A stretch of DNA of 62,465 bases, filler included, from Stramenopiles sp. TOSAG23-2 (Eukaryota): NCBI GenBank assembly GCA_900128395.1. It is 7 parts of 7 records of this genome, joined end to end, with 100 filler letters (N's around TTAATTAATTAA, not from the genome) between each part and the next. Parts side by side here need not be neighbours in the genome. Positions count along the whole stretch, not along the records: positions 44,731 to 53,551 come from LT650161.1; positions 53,652 to 62,465 come from LT650162.1; 5 more parts are not named here. One strand, written 5' to 3'. Positions 45,883 to 57,400 of this stretch are shown one piece after another. Both the position numbers and the translations under genes were made by a program. Every line of letters starts with the position of its first letter. Position 1 is the stretch's first letter. The notes beneath the pieces were generated by a model that was given only the letters and a program-made list of their open reading frames with translations, was not told where the DNA came from and did no database searches.

Positions 45883-48800
45883 ATGTACTCACGTTCACAT
45901 GCCTCCATCGGGTATAGACGCCATGGAAGTCGATCTTCCAGTCGTTCATCGTTGAAAACGCAACAAGAAAAAAAAGCAGCTTTGGAGAAACAGCAAAAGT
46001 TACGAGAAGCAAGGCAAACACAAATGTTATTCGAAGTACCATCTCATTTTCGTTGTTTACGAGTTGTTGGAAAAGGTGCATATGGTATGGTTTGTGAAGC
46101 GATTGATCGTAAAGCAAAGAAAGGGGAAGAACGTGTTGCTATTAAAAAAATCAAAGAAGCATTATACCATCCATTAGATGCCAAACTCGTGTTACGTGAG
46201 TTGAAAATTTCACGTTTGATTGGTAAACATCCAAATATATTAGGCATACGTGACTTGATAAAACCACCATCCAAAAGAAGAATGGATACAATTTATATTG
46301 TTTCTGATTTTATGGATACCGATTTATATCGTTTATGTCAGTCACAAGTTGAATTTACAGAAAATCATGTAAGACATTTATTGTATCAAATGCTATGTGG
46401 ATTAAATTTTATGCATAGTGCAAATATATTACATCGTGATATGAAGACGGCAAATTTATTAGTGGATCGTAATTTTAATTTACAAATTTGTGACTTTGGT
46501 TTAGCACGATTTGCTACTCCAGGTTTTGATTACAATTGTGAAGATTCAACTGGTAGTGTACCAGAAGAAGATGATGTAAAAAATGGACCACCGCCGTTGA
46601 CTGAATTAGTCGTGACATTATGGTATCGTGCGCCAGAATTAGTAGCTAATTCGCATTACAATAGTAGTATTGATTTATGGGCAGTCGGGTGTATTTTCGC
46701 TGAAATGCTCTTGCGTAGACCATTATTTCCTGGACGTGATCATTTACATCAATTGCAATTGATTACTGATATTATGGGTACACCAACTGAATCGGATATA
46801 CGCACAATTCGTGGAGCATATGCTAGACGGGTTTTACGCTCTTTGCCATATAGACCACCAAAAGCATGGCGTTCCGTATTTCCTAATGCAAGTGGTGCTG
46901 CAATTGATTTGTTACAACGATTATTAGTATTCGATGCAAGCAAACGTTTAACGGCTGAAGAGGCATTGGACCACCCATACTTGCGTGATTTAAAAACACC
47001 AGTTCGTGATATGCAAGTGGAAACGCCATTGAATAGTGAATTCGAATTTGATCAATTAACAAGTCCAAAGATGCATCCTATGAGACAATTAATCTATAAT
47101 GAAATCATGTTGTACCATGATCCTTCATCTGAATTAGCACAAGAGCGTGGTAGAGGTATTTCTAGACGCCCATCGTTTGGTAGTTCATCGAGCAGAGACA
47201 ATTCAGTATCACCAACCTTAGATAATGGTAGAACAAGAGGTCGTTCTTACAACAAAAAAACATCTAGAACTCGTAGTCGATCCCGATCTACTAGTCGAAC
47301 TAGACTTGGAAAAGGTACATCACGTACAAATTCGCGTAATAATAATAATAATAATAATAATAACATTAGTAATAATAGTAGTAAAGCAAATGAAAAAAAA
47401 GAGGCACCTACAAAAACAAATGAAAGAAAAGAAATGCCAACACGTACATCCACTGCTCCAGAAGGTGCAACGCGTTCTAATAAGCGTCCATCATCTGCGG
47501 CTAGAACACGTACACGCCCTTCCACGGTTGGAGGTAATACAAAAGTTTCAGCTGCAAAAGCTGCGATAAAAGTTGCAAATAAAGAATTAGATGAAGTGAT
47601 TGCCAAAGAAAAGGCATTTTTAGCTACTGGGCGCGAAGAATTGTCACGCCAATCAAAATTAGTAGATCGATTTGAAAAAATGAGAAGAGAAAGATCAAAA
47701 AGTCGATCACCTAATAAAAGTAAAGCACGTACAAATGCGTTTGTCGCTACTGCTACTGTTGCAAAGGTGGAAAAAGTGGAAAAGGAAGTGGAATACGTAG
47801 TATCACCAGCTATTATATCTGCAAAAGCAATATACAATGCAAACGATGATATTCCAAGACCACCATCTCGTGATTCAAATAGACCGCAAAGTAGGGATGG
47901 AAGACCACCATCTGCTAATACATCTTTAGCAACTTTTGGACCTATGGCATTTGAACCACCACCACGTCCACCATCTAGAGAATCAAGTCGTGGAAAGGCA
48001 ACGCCACCATGTTTACCACCATCGTTACCACCTCCAACATCAAATAGTAAAAATGTAGAAGCAAAAAGCGAGGCAAATGATCGAACAAGAGTAGCATCGC
48101 CAGTTCGTTTGAAAAAAGTTGAGAAACAAGAAGAAATTATTGTCGTTGAAAAGAAGAAGACACCACCAGTTGTTGGAGGAGCATTACAAGCTATTAAATC
48201 TGCGAGACAAAATGCTACTACTACACCAGCAAAAACATCGAGCGAAGAATCAAAAGGCAAGAAAAAGAAACGTTCTCCAGCTGGTACAGGTTTAGAAGCA
48301 GTGAAAGCGTTAAGTACTACGACTGCAACAGTTGTAGTAGCTGAGGATGATATCAAAGCAACAATAGCATCACCCGTTTCTGAAGTTGCAAAAGAAACTG
48401 TAGCTAAAGTTGATGCAAAAGCACGAGTAACAACAGATGAAGATGCAAAAGCACGTGTATCTGAAGCTGCAAAAGCGCTAGATGCAATTTTGAATAATAA
48501 TAGTAATAACAAATTCAGCGACAATAGTAACAGCAACAATAAAATCAATAATAATAATAACAACAACATCGTTCGTAAAGCAAAAAAAAGTTTTAGCTCT
48601 ACGGAATTACGTTCGAAATACAAGCCAACCAGAAGTAAAGAAAATAGTCGTCCAACGACTTCATCCACGTGGGTTTTTAAACCAACACAATTAGCAAGAA
48701 CTAGACGTAGATTAGCCGCTGTAGAAGCTGAAAAGAATGGCAAGACGGTGATGATGAATCCAATGTTAGCAAAAGCTGGAAAAGAAAAAGTAATCGAGAA

Positions 48801-48954
48801 GAAAAAAAAGAAAATAACAGTTTGCAAACCATTTAATTTTGCAACTAGTTCTAGATTCAGTACACCAAAACATAAAAAAGCAAGGGAGGCAGCGTTAAAA
48901 AGAAAAGAAAGAATTGCAAGGGAGGTGAGAAGACGACGTACGCATCGGTTTTAA
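45883..48954 (+). CDS. MAP kinase-family Ser/Thr kinase with atypical TEL activation motif and long disordered C-tail
   Basis: GKGAYGMVC, VAIKKI, LRELKI, FMDTDL, HRDMKTANLL, ICDFGLAR, TELVVTLWYRAPE, RLTAEEALDHPYL. Confidence 0.92.
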   Translation: MYSRSHASIGYRRHGSRSSSRSSLKTQQEKKAALEKQQKLREARQTQMLFEVPSHFRCLRVVGKGAYGMVCEAIDRKAKKGEERVAIKKIKEALYHPLDAKLVLRELKISRLIGKHPNILGIRDLIKPPSKRRMDTIYIVSDFMDTDLYRLCQSQVEFTENHVRHLLYQMLCGLNFMHSANILHRDMKTANLLVDRNFNLQICDFGLARFATPGFDYNCEDSTGSVPEEDDVKNGPPPLTELVVTLWYRAPELVANSHYNSSIDLWAVGCIFAEMLLRRPLFPGRDHLHQLQLITDIMGTPTESDIRTIRGAYARRVLRSLPYRPPKAWRSVFPNASGAAIDLLQRLLVFDASKRLTAEEALDHPYLRDLKTPVRDMQVETPLNSEFEFDQLTSPKMHPMRQLIYNEIMLYHDPSSELAQERGRGISRRPSFGSSSSRDNSVSPTLDNGRTRGRSYNKKTSRTRSRSRSTSRTRLGKGTSRTNSRNNNNNNNNNISNNSSKANEKKEAPTKTNERKEMPTRTSTAPEGATRSNKRPSSAARTRTRPSTVGGNTKVSAAKAAIKVANKELDEVIAKEKAFLATGREELSRQSKLVDRFEKMRRERSKSRSPNKSKARTNAFVATATVAKVEKVEKEVEYVVSPAIISAKAIYNANDDIPRPPSRDSNRPQSRDGRPPSANTSLATFGPMAFEPPPRPPSRESSRGKATPPCLPPSLPPPTSNSKNVEAKSEANDRTRVASPVRLKKVEKQEEIIVVEKKKTPPVVGGALQAIKSARQNATTTPAKTSSEESKGKKKKRSPAGTGLEAVKALSTTTATVVVAEDDIKATIASPVSEVAKETVAKVDAKARVTTDEDAKARVSEAAKALDAILNNNSNNKFSDNSNSNNKINNNNNNNIVRKAKKSFSSTELRSKYKPTRSKENSRPTTSSTWVFKPTQLARTRRRLAAVEAEKNGKTVMMNPMLAKAGKEKVIEKKKKKITVCKPFNFATSSRFSTPKHKKAREAALKRKERIAREVRRRRTHRF

Positions 48955-49023
48955 AAAATCCTGTACTCTTGTATATAATATATATATATTTTAACATATA
49001 ATACGCTATTTTAAACAGCAGTC

Positions 49024-49767
49024 TTATTTACGAAGCTCACATAACGTATTATGCTCGTCGCCGGTTTTAATTTTCTTGCCACAATAAGTGCAATAATTAT
49101 CTCCGTTTCTTCTTTCCAAGGCAGGAAAATTTTGTGTATCCAGTCGTTGCTTGACATGTATTGCAGACATTTGATAATCATTAAATTTTACACTTTTTGC
49201 AAGCTTATAAAAACCTGTACGTCGTTGTTTCTTTTTTATGTCATAAAATTTTAATTGACACTCATCTTCATCAATAATATTTTTATTATGATCGTTGTTG
49301 ACAAATTTAACATGTTCAATGCCACAAATCCTTTTTTGATTTGCTTTTGTATACCAAACACTTTTATAAAATCTTGTTCCCTTATCCTCCTCATATAAAG
49401 AAATTGTACCAATATCATTATTATTATTATTATTATTACTCTCAATTAGAAGAGATTGATAGATTATTTTGTCTTTTAATCTATCAATCTCTTCTACTAA
49501 TTTACGATTTTTTTCATCCATAGAGAGCAAAACTTTTTCAAATTTGTTTTTTAACTCTTCCATCATCTTCCTTCGTATTACATTTTCTTCCTTTAATCTT
49601 TCTACCTCCAGTAATTCTTCTTCTTTATTTTTCAATGCTTCCTCTTTTTTTTTCAGCTCATCTTGTTTGAATTCCAACTCATCTTGTTTGGATTCCAACT
49701 CATCTTGTTTGGATTTCAACTCCTTACTTGTATTTCCATCCATCTTTGTCATATAATTCACATGCAT
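49024..49767 (-). CDS. Hypothetical coiled-coil protein with heptad repeats and C-terminal CxxC/H/C cluster
   Basis: (ELxxKQD)x3 heptads; YCTYCG...H..LC. Confidence 0.55.
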   Translation of the reverse strand: MHVNYMTKMDGNTSKELKSKQDELESKQDELEFKQDELKKKEEALKNKEEELLEVERLKEENVIRRKMMEELKNKFEKVLLSMDEKNRKLVEEIDRLKDKIIYQSLLIESNNNNNNNDIGTISLYEEDKGTRFYKSVWYTKANQKRICGIEHVKFVNNDHNKNIIDEDECQLKFYDIKKKQRRTGFYKLAKSVKFNDYQMSAIHVKQRLDTQNFPALERRNGDNYCTYCGKKIKTGDEHNTLCELRK

Positions 49768-49839
49768 ATACAGCGACAGGGATAAACATATGTCTGTCTA
49801 GGTGTACATCTATCTTACTCTTCTTCTTACCAAATACTT

Positions 49840-50290
49840 TCTATATAATGAGATATATATTTAATGTGTTTTGCTTGAATGAATTTTCATACGTTAAAAA
49901 TGGAAATAATGATTATTTTTTTCAATCCATTGTAGATAAAATTTATAATGTATTATATATACTACAAGAATATATTATATATATATATTTATGGATATTT
50001 TAAACACATAAAAAAGTAGTCTGGAATAATGATCGTTTTGATTAGCTACCTCCTTTTGACCTCGAAATTGCACTTCCCTCCTGCCAAATTTATCAAAACA
50101 TTAGATAATGTATTAATAAATTTCCATAAAAATGTTTAATTGTAAAACTTTTGTACTGATTATAAATATAGTATAAATTTTATCTACTTTTGGTACAATG
50201 AACTTATAAAAATAATCATTATTTCCATTTTTAACGTTTGAAAATTGATCACTAAAATAATATATCGATAAAATATATATCATATAGAAC
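49840..50290. repeat. Imperfect inverted repeat (arms about 49840..50003 and 50113..50290)
   Basis: acgttaaaaatggaaataatgattattttt (49891..49920) and its reverse complement (about 50208..50237); homology extends through gtagataaaatttata. Confidence 0.75.
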
Positions 50291-50438
50291 ATGACCTCTT
50301 TCATGTCCATTTTTTTAAGTAGAATTATAAACAAAATCAAAAAACAAACAAAACAACAAAAGAACCAAAAGACTTCAATAGAAAAGGAGCGACAAAAGAC
50401 AAAAACAACAAAAAAGACTTCAATAGAAAAGGAGCGGC

Positions 50439-51065
50439 ATGGAAAAAAAAAAACCTTTAACAAATGCAACAAATAAAGAAAATAATGTTGATGAAACAAC
50501 AAATCTAACAAAAGTACGAAAAGAGTTTGAAGAATTATTGAAGTTAGAAATAAAAAATAACGAAGACGCCAAAAAAAACGTATTAGCAAAAGCTGCAACT
50601 TTAAAAGGTGAAGTCGGTGAATTAAAAGGTGAAGTCGGTGAATTAAAAGATGAAGTCAGTGAATTAAAAGATGAAGTTGGCGAATTAAAAGAAGAAGTTG
50701 ATGAATTGAAGAAAAGAATGGCAGCAGTGGAGCGAAAACTTAATGAGCTTGATACTAGTGTTGTTTTAAATGCTGAAGACATTCAAAATATCAAAGCTGA
50801 TATTTTAAATATTTCAAAAATGTTTGGCAAGTTAAGTCGAAGCAGAAATAAAGATACTGTCAAAACATCAAAATCATTTGATAAAGGTGCACAACGATGG
50901 GAAGACACAAGAAAGTTTTCAAGAGCAGCATTTAAACGCAAAGAAGACGAAACCAACCGTTTAGCCGCACGTCTCAAAAAGATCAAAATGCGAGAAGAAG
51001 AAGCTGAAAAGAAATTTTTAGCACGTAAAGAAGCTGCAAAAGCTAAAGCAGCAGCAAGAAAATAA
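50439..51065 (+). CDS. Hypothetical heptad-repeat coiled-coil protein
   Basis: 21-bp tandem repeats encoding LK(G/D/E)EV(G/S/D)E x5. Confidence 0.6.
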   Translation: MEKKKPLTNATNKENNVDETTNLTKVRKEFEELLKLEIKNNEDAKKNVLAKAATLKGEVGELKGEVGELKDEVSELKDEVGELKEEVDELKKRMAAVERKLNELDTSVVLNAEDIQNIKADILNISKMFGKLSRSRNKDTVKTSKSFDKGAQRWEDTRKFSRAAFKRKEDETNRLAARLKKIKMREEEAEKKFLARKEAAKAKAAARK

Positions 51066-51286
51066 GTACGAACCCACGTATGAAAACAAATTTTAAATCT
51101 GCTGTGCATTTTAACACATTTAATTTCAACATGTTTGAAATGGCGCTGGCCAGGCGCCCTGTACAAATAAGGCTTTTGTTCTTCCATCTGAGAAGCAACA
51201 CAACAAAAAAAAATGTTTTTTTTTTAATCAATATATATCATATATTTAAAAAAATGTTCTTTAAAATTGGTATTATAACGTCACAT

Positions 51287-53510
51287 TCACAACAACGGCA
51301 AACTGGTACTGTTTTTTGTCTTTTTCATCGCCTCCAACATCCTTTGTGTACTTTCTAAATTATGCATTTGTTGTTCTTGATCCGCTAATACTTGTCGACT
51401 TTCACGCAATTGTTTATTTTGATATCGAACTTTCTTACGCAATGCTTGTATTTCTTCATCTCTTGCTAAATATTGTGTACTACGTGATTCTTTTAAATTC
51501 GTTCGTAGTTCTTCTTCTTGCAATTGCATTCGTTTCAATTCTTTTGTTTGATTTTGATATCGATTACGGACATCATCGTATTTTCTACGTATTTTCTCAT
51601 TCTTCTCATGTTCAACACGTAGCTTTTCATTTTTGTTTGATTTTGATATCGATTACGGACATCATCGTATTTTCTACGTATTTTCTCATTCTTCTCATGT
51701 TCAACGTGTAGCGTTTCATATTCTTTTCTTAATTTTTGTTCATTTATCATGTGTTCTTCGAGTTGACTACGTAATTCAGATTGCATTCGTATTAAATCTG
51801 CTCGTTCCGTAGCATTTCTTTCTCGTTCTCGTGATGCAATTAAAACCGTTTCCGCAAGCTCATCGCGTTGTCTTTTTGCATCTGCAAATTGTTTTGTTTT
51901 TACTTTGACTTCATTTGAAACTTTACCTAAATGTTGTTTTGTACGTCTAAACTCTTCATTTGAAATTTCTAAACTTTCTGTTAATTTTGCTTTCTTCGTT
52001 TCTAACAAATTTACTGCTGCGACAACATCTTTATACTTTTTTCTTGATTCACGTATTTGTTCTCTTAACATAATCAATTCCTTGTCCATTGATGAATTTC
52101 TAGTCGATACATCTTCTAACATTTTTTCTGTTCTTATGACACTCTCTTGCAATGTCTCGCGTTCTCTTCCAGCTGCTTTCAATGCTTCAGATAAACTCTC
52201 ATTTTTTTCCTTTGAAGTTTCTAATTCTCGTTTCAATTGCTTTTCTACATTTATTTGCTTTTCTTTATATCGTGTCCATTCTGTACATTCTTTCAATAAA
52301 CGTTCAACTTCATTTTCAGCCGTAAATGCTTTTTTCTCAATTTTAATTCTTTCATTATCAATTTCGTCTAATTTTTTTTGTGATTCACGTGATAATTCAA
52401 TCAATTTAATATGATATTCATGCATTTTATTTTCAATTCTATCTTTTAGTTCTTCAATTTCAGATACCATACGTTTATTGTCCCTTGTTGCGCTCGATAT
52501 TGCACTTTCCAATCGACGCTCGCGCATGCTCCTTGCATGTGCTTCGTCTCGCTTTGCATTTGTCAATTCTCGTTCAGCAGCACGTTTCTCTTCCAATTTA
52601 TTTCGACGTTCTGTTTCTAATTTCGCTACACGTTGTTCCAATAAACGTTCTGCTGCTTCTGTTTCTTTTCTGACTTCATTAGCTTGATCTAATTCATGTC
52701 GTAATCTTTCATTTAAACGTTCGGCTTTCAATTTATCTCCAGTAATATTACTTAATTTTGAAGCTATAGAATTCATATCTTTCTTTTTCTTACGTAAATC
52801 TTCGGTAGCATCTTTCAATTGTTCTTGTGCGGTAGTTAATTCAATAATTTTGAAGCTATAGAATTCATATCTTTCTTTTTCTTACGTAAATCTTCGGTAG
52901 CATCTTTCAATTGTTCTTGTGCGGTAGTTAATTCAACGCGCATGGCATTTAATTCCGCTTCTTTTGCAGCTATACTCGATTCGAATAATGCAGTATTTTC
53001 CCCTTGCATTCGTTCAACTTTTTCTTCGAAAAATGCAACTTGATTCTTCAACTCTTGTGCTTTTTTCGTCTTTTCATCTAAGCTTTTTTCCGCTTTATCT
53101 AAACGTTCTTTTAAATCTTTTTTCTCTACTTTCAGTTGATCTATTTCCCATAATTTTTCTTTATCTTTTGTTTGAATATCTGTCAATTCAGCTTTTAAAT
53201 CATGTAATTTATCACGTTTTTCATTTAACTTTTCCTTTACTTCTTCTAATGCATTCCGTAAAACTTCTGCATGTGATTTAAAGCCATCGTTTGTTTTTGT
53301 TTTGCCATTCTCATCATTGTTTTTTCCTTGCGAACGAATAGATATATCCTTGATCACATGTTTTGCAACTAATTTGTCCTTGCTTGGCAGTGTACGTCCC
53401 AGACGCACAGGTTTTACACGTAGTAGAACCTGTTTCGTCTTGATATGTACCGGAAGGACATATTTGCTCGTTCTTGCTACTTGCATCTTTACATGAATAT
53501 CCTTGTTCAC
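51287..53510 (-). CDS. Long coiled-coil protein (about 680 aa or more), 5' truncated, split by 92-bp and 89-bp duplications
   Basis: Three ORFs join in frame after deleting duplicates at 52753/52845 and 51542/51631. Confidence 0.75.
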
Positions 53511-53551
53511 ATGTTTTGCAACTAGATTTAGTAGTTTTTCCTTGTTCGGTA

Positions 53552-53651
53552 NNNNNNNNNNNNNNNNNNNNNNNNNNNNNNNNNNNNNNNNNNNNTTAAT
53601 TAATTAANNNNNNNNNNNNNNNNNNNNNNNNNNNNNNNNNNNNNNNNNNNN
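53552..53651. other. Artificial contig linker
   Basis: N44-TTAATTAATTAA-N44. Confidence 0.99.
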
Positions 53652-54403
53652 GGTTGTTTTGTTGTTTAGTCTGCACGTCTGGAGGTAAATTCTTCCCATC
53701 TGAAGTATCTACTACAAAAGGAACTGTTTTCAAAGTTGATTTGTCATTGTATATTTTAAATAATATATTATAAAAAGTATCATATATCATACCGAGGATG
53801 GTCAAAAAATATTGGAGACAAACACAGTTTAGTTCTTTTTTAGAAATTAGACGCCGCAATACAATACGAACATTCTTAACCACATTCCAGCGATTCTATT
53901 GCACCACCAATTAATAAAAAATAAACATTCTTTTTATAAAAACTACGAATCGTTAAAAAAAAATATTGTAATACGCTCCAACTATTTTATTTGTGTTCCA
54001 TTTCTTATGTGCTATTTCAACAATGTAATTATAATTATGTATTATATACCAGATACACTATCAAAATTTGCCTATCAAAACGGGCGCAGAAGAAGAAAAG
54101 CAAACTAAGCAAAAGAACCCACCGACTTCTCGTCTGACGTCTGACTGTGAGGAAATTGCATTTATTTTAAAATACGTAAAAGGAATAATCTACAGAGATA
54201 AATTACTGAAAGAGAATTTTTTTACTTTTTATTCTCCCTCTAGAGCTATTATCTTCTTTTTCACATTCACACCTAAATGCAGCACTCCGTGTAATATCCA
54301 CCAACATTTTACATTCCCTTGACTTGTTTGATTAACAACTGCATCGTGCAACAACCACTTTCCATTATTATCAGAGCTGTAAAATCTTTTGTACGGGTCA
54401 TAC

Positions 54404-57400
54404 CTAGTTAACCCTGATATTGAGGTTGGTTATTATTCCACCTACCTCTGGCAGGAATAACGTTAAAATATATAGGCCGTTACTTATTACGTAAGGTTGA
54501 ACATTTTTCATACGTTGTGCTCGTGCTTTTTTTAAATCTTTCTGCTTATATACACGTGGTACTGATCCTGTATTATAAACACCACGTTTATCTAATATTG
54601 GCCGTCGATTGGTTGGTTTAAAAATATGTTTTCGATTTTTAATATTATTAATCAATTGCTTTACTTTTTCTGCTTTTGTTGGTTTCTTCTTTGTTGTAGG
54701 TGGTTTTGGTATATAATTTACCAAACTTTCAAAACATGTTTCTTGTAAACTTAACAACACTTCGTTATCTGATTTTTCATCGTACCATTTCTGTTGTACA
54801 GGTTTATTTGGATCACGTAATAATATTTTCGCCCTTCTACTTGCAGATGATGCCATATCATGTTCCATTGTTGTTGTTGTTGTTTCTTCCTGGGATATTT
54901 GATCTTGTTTTTTTGATGATGCTAATGGAGATGGTGGTGGTTTTGGAGTGAGTAACTTTGGAGTTGGTTGATTTGAAGTCGTCTGTAAATTCATTGTCAT
55001 ATTATTATTCGTAGTTATCTGGTCATTTGCACCAAATTGTTGTTGTTGTTGTTTCTTCCTGGGATATTTGATCTTGTTTTTTTGATGATGATAATGGAGA
55101 TGGTGGTGGTTTTGGAGTGAGTAACTTTGGAGTTGGCTGATTTGAAGTTGTCATTGTCATATTATTATTCGTAGTAGTATTATCATTGATCTGGTCATTT
55201 GCACCAACTTCTTTTTTCTCATTTTCTAACATTTCAACTTGCAACAATTCCGCTTTCTTTTCTTCGGACCCATTTTCTTCATCACCATCATTAGTGAAAT
55301 CAACTATATCACCTAAATCATAAATCATACAATATGTTGTGTTAGTAATTGTAAAAAAAAATATAGGAATAGAGACGAAAACGGAGGAATAAGTAGGTGG
55401 AATATGTCAGGCATGATGCATTTGGTAAAAGAAGCCGGTGCAAACGAAGGACAGCACCATACACATAGAGACGAAAACGGAGGAATAAGTAGGTGGAATA
55501 TGTCAGGCATGATGCATTTGGTAAAAGAAGCCGGTGCAAACGAAGGACAGCACCATACACTTCGTTCCACCTACTACTTCTGGTAGGTTATTGAAGGCCG
55601 GTGCAAACGAAGGACTGTACCATACACTTCGTTCCACCTACCTCTGGCAGGTTATACTCACTTGCAGCCCCTTTTGAACTCATTTTTAAACTTATTGCAC
55701 GATGAAGTTTCAATGGCCTTTTATGGACAATAATATTACCATGTGTATCTAAAATAATTGCATTTTCATCTGTATAATGCGGTTTTAAATCCGTATCTAC
55801 CAAGTACCATTCTCCATCGCTTCCATTTAAACGTGCATACATTGCTTTATAATGTTCCCCAGTTTCACTTAAATGTATATGGCCAATATATTTGCTTAAA
55901 CTGGTATGCCTTCTCCATATAGGAATGTTTTTATCACGTGGATTTGGTTGCTGCGTTTTGAAAAAATCTGTTAATAAAACCGTATCTTTCGTACCTTCTA
56001 ATGTAGAATCTACTTGCAAGAATCCATTAAGGTAGACAACTAAATCAGCAGCTACATCTACTCTTAATATCGTACCAACTTTATATACTTTCACATTTTC
56101 ATTGCAATCTTCGTAGATCCACACGTCACCAACTCGTGGCATTATCGTATCAGAAGTTTCTTCAATCGTCTTTTCTAAAGCAATAACTCTTGTTAACACT
56201 CGTTTCGATTCAATAGAAGGTATATTTTCCTCGCCATATTGCATGATTGCATCTGCATAATGAATACCATCATATGTAATTTCATTTGAAAATTCTGTAT
56301 TATATGTCGTTGGATCTAATATATTCCATGGTATTGGTTGGCCGAAATAACCTATTGGTGTACCAGCAAGTGTAAACATACATGCATAACCATCTCTTGA
56401 AGTTGTTACAATGTATAATTCAGCCCATTCATACGATTCTACTACACTTATCCCCGTTATACTTTCCTCATGTGCAACAAAATGCGCTTCCATTGTACAA
56501 AAATCATCTTCTGCTGGTGGATTCCCTAAATGATAAACTTTAATGGTTCCCATGTTGTCGCCACTCAATAAATAGGTTGATAACGAATCTATAGTAGCAT
56601 ATCCTTGCAAGGGCGTATAATGTAGACCATGATTTGCTTCGTATTTTGTGTATAAAGATGGAGTATCTCGAACGTTGAAAAAGTAGATACAAGCATCTTC
56701 ACATGTCACTATTAATAATTTCATCCGTTCCGACCATATCACACATGTAATAGGCGAATTGTCCGCGCATTTATATGTGAAATGCACAGCACCAGTATTG
56801 AAATTCCAGATAATTAATTGTCCATCCGAACAACCAGTCGCAACGAAACATGGTGAACAATATGTTAAACTACGTATATCACCGGTATGGTTCTCATGAT
56901 GAACATCGTTTGGTATTTTTTTATTGTAAAATAAATCATACGATGTATTGTTTTCATCTTCTTCATACCATACATGTATTTTTTTATCCCAACCAGCTGT
57001 AATTGTTACACGTTTTAAATGAACACCTTTATGTCCACCCAACATTTCAACAATTAAAGCATTTTCTACTGCAGAAATTTCTGTTAATGTTCGTGCACCA
57101 TATTTTTTCAATTTACTCGTCTGGTTAATATCTATATTAACAGTACTGCTTTTCCTTTTCATTGTATTCTTTTTCAACGGGGATGAATCAGGCATTGATG
57201 ATGTGGAAGGAGCAGCGGTATTTTTTTTTTTAATTGGCTTTATTACCGCCGCCGTTTTTTTCTTCCCTTTTTTTTCATCCTGTTGTTTAAATAATTCAGC
57301 TTCTTCTAAAGGACTATACTTATGCAATATCTTTAAACATTTGCAATTACTTGTGTTCCATACAGTAAGTGCATTGCCTTTATGCGTACCAATAATAACA

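Noticed and set aside
47247-48827. 526-aa antisense ORF inside the MAPK
   Set aside because: Shadow of the low-complexity sense codons; no domain; same applies to the many short antisense ORFs in long genes
55489-55574. SECIS, hammerhead ribozyme or C/D snoRNA
   Set aside because: Lacks a correctly placed GA quartet, the CUGAUGA/GAAA core and box C; kept only as an unclassified structured repeat
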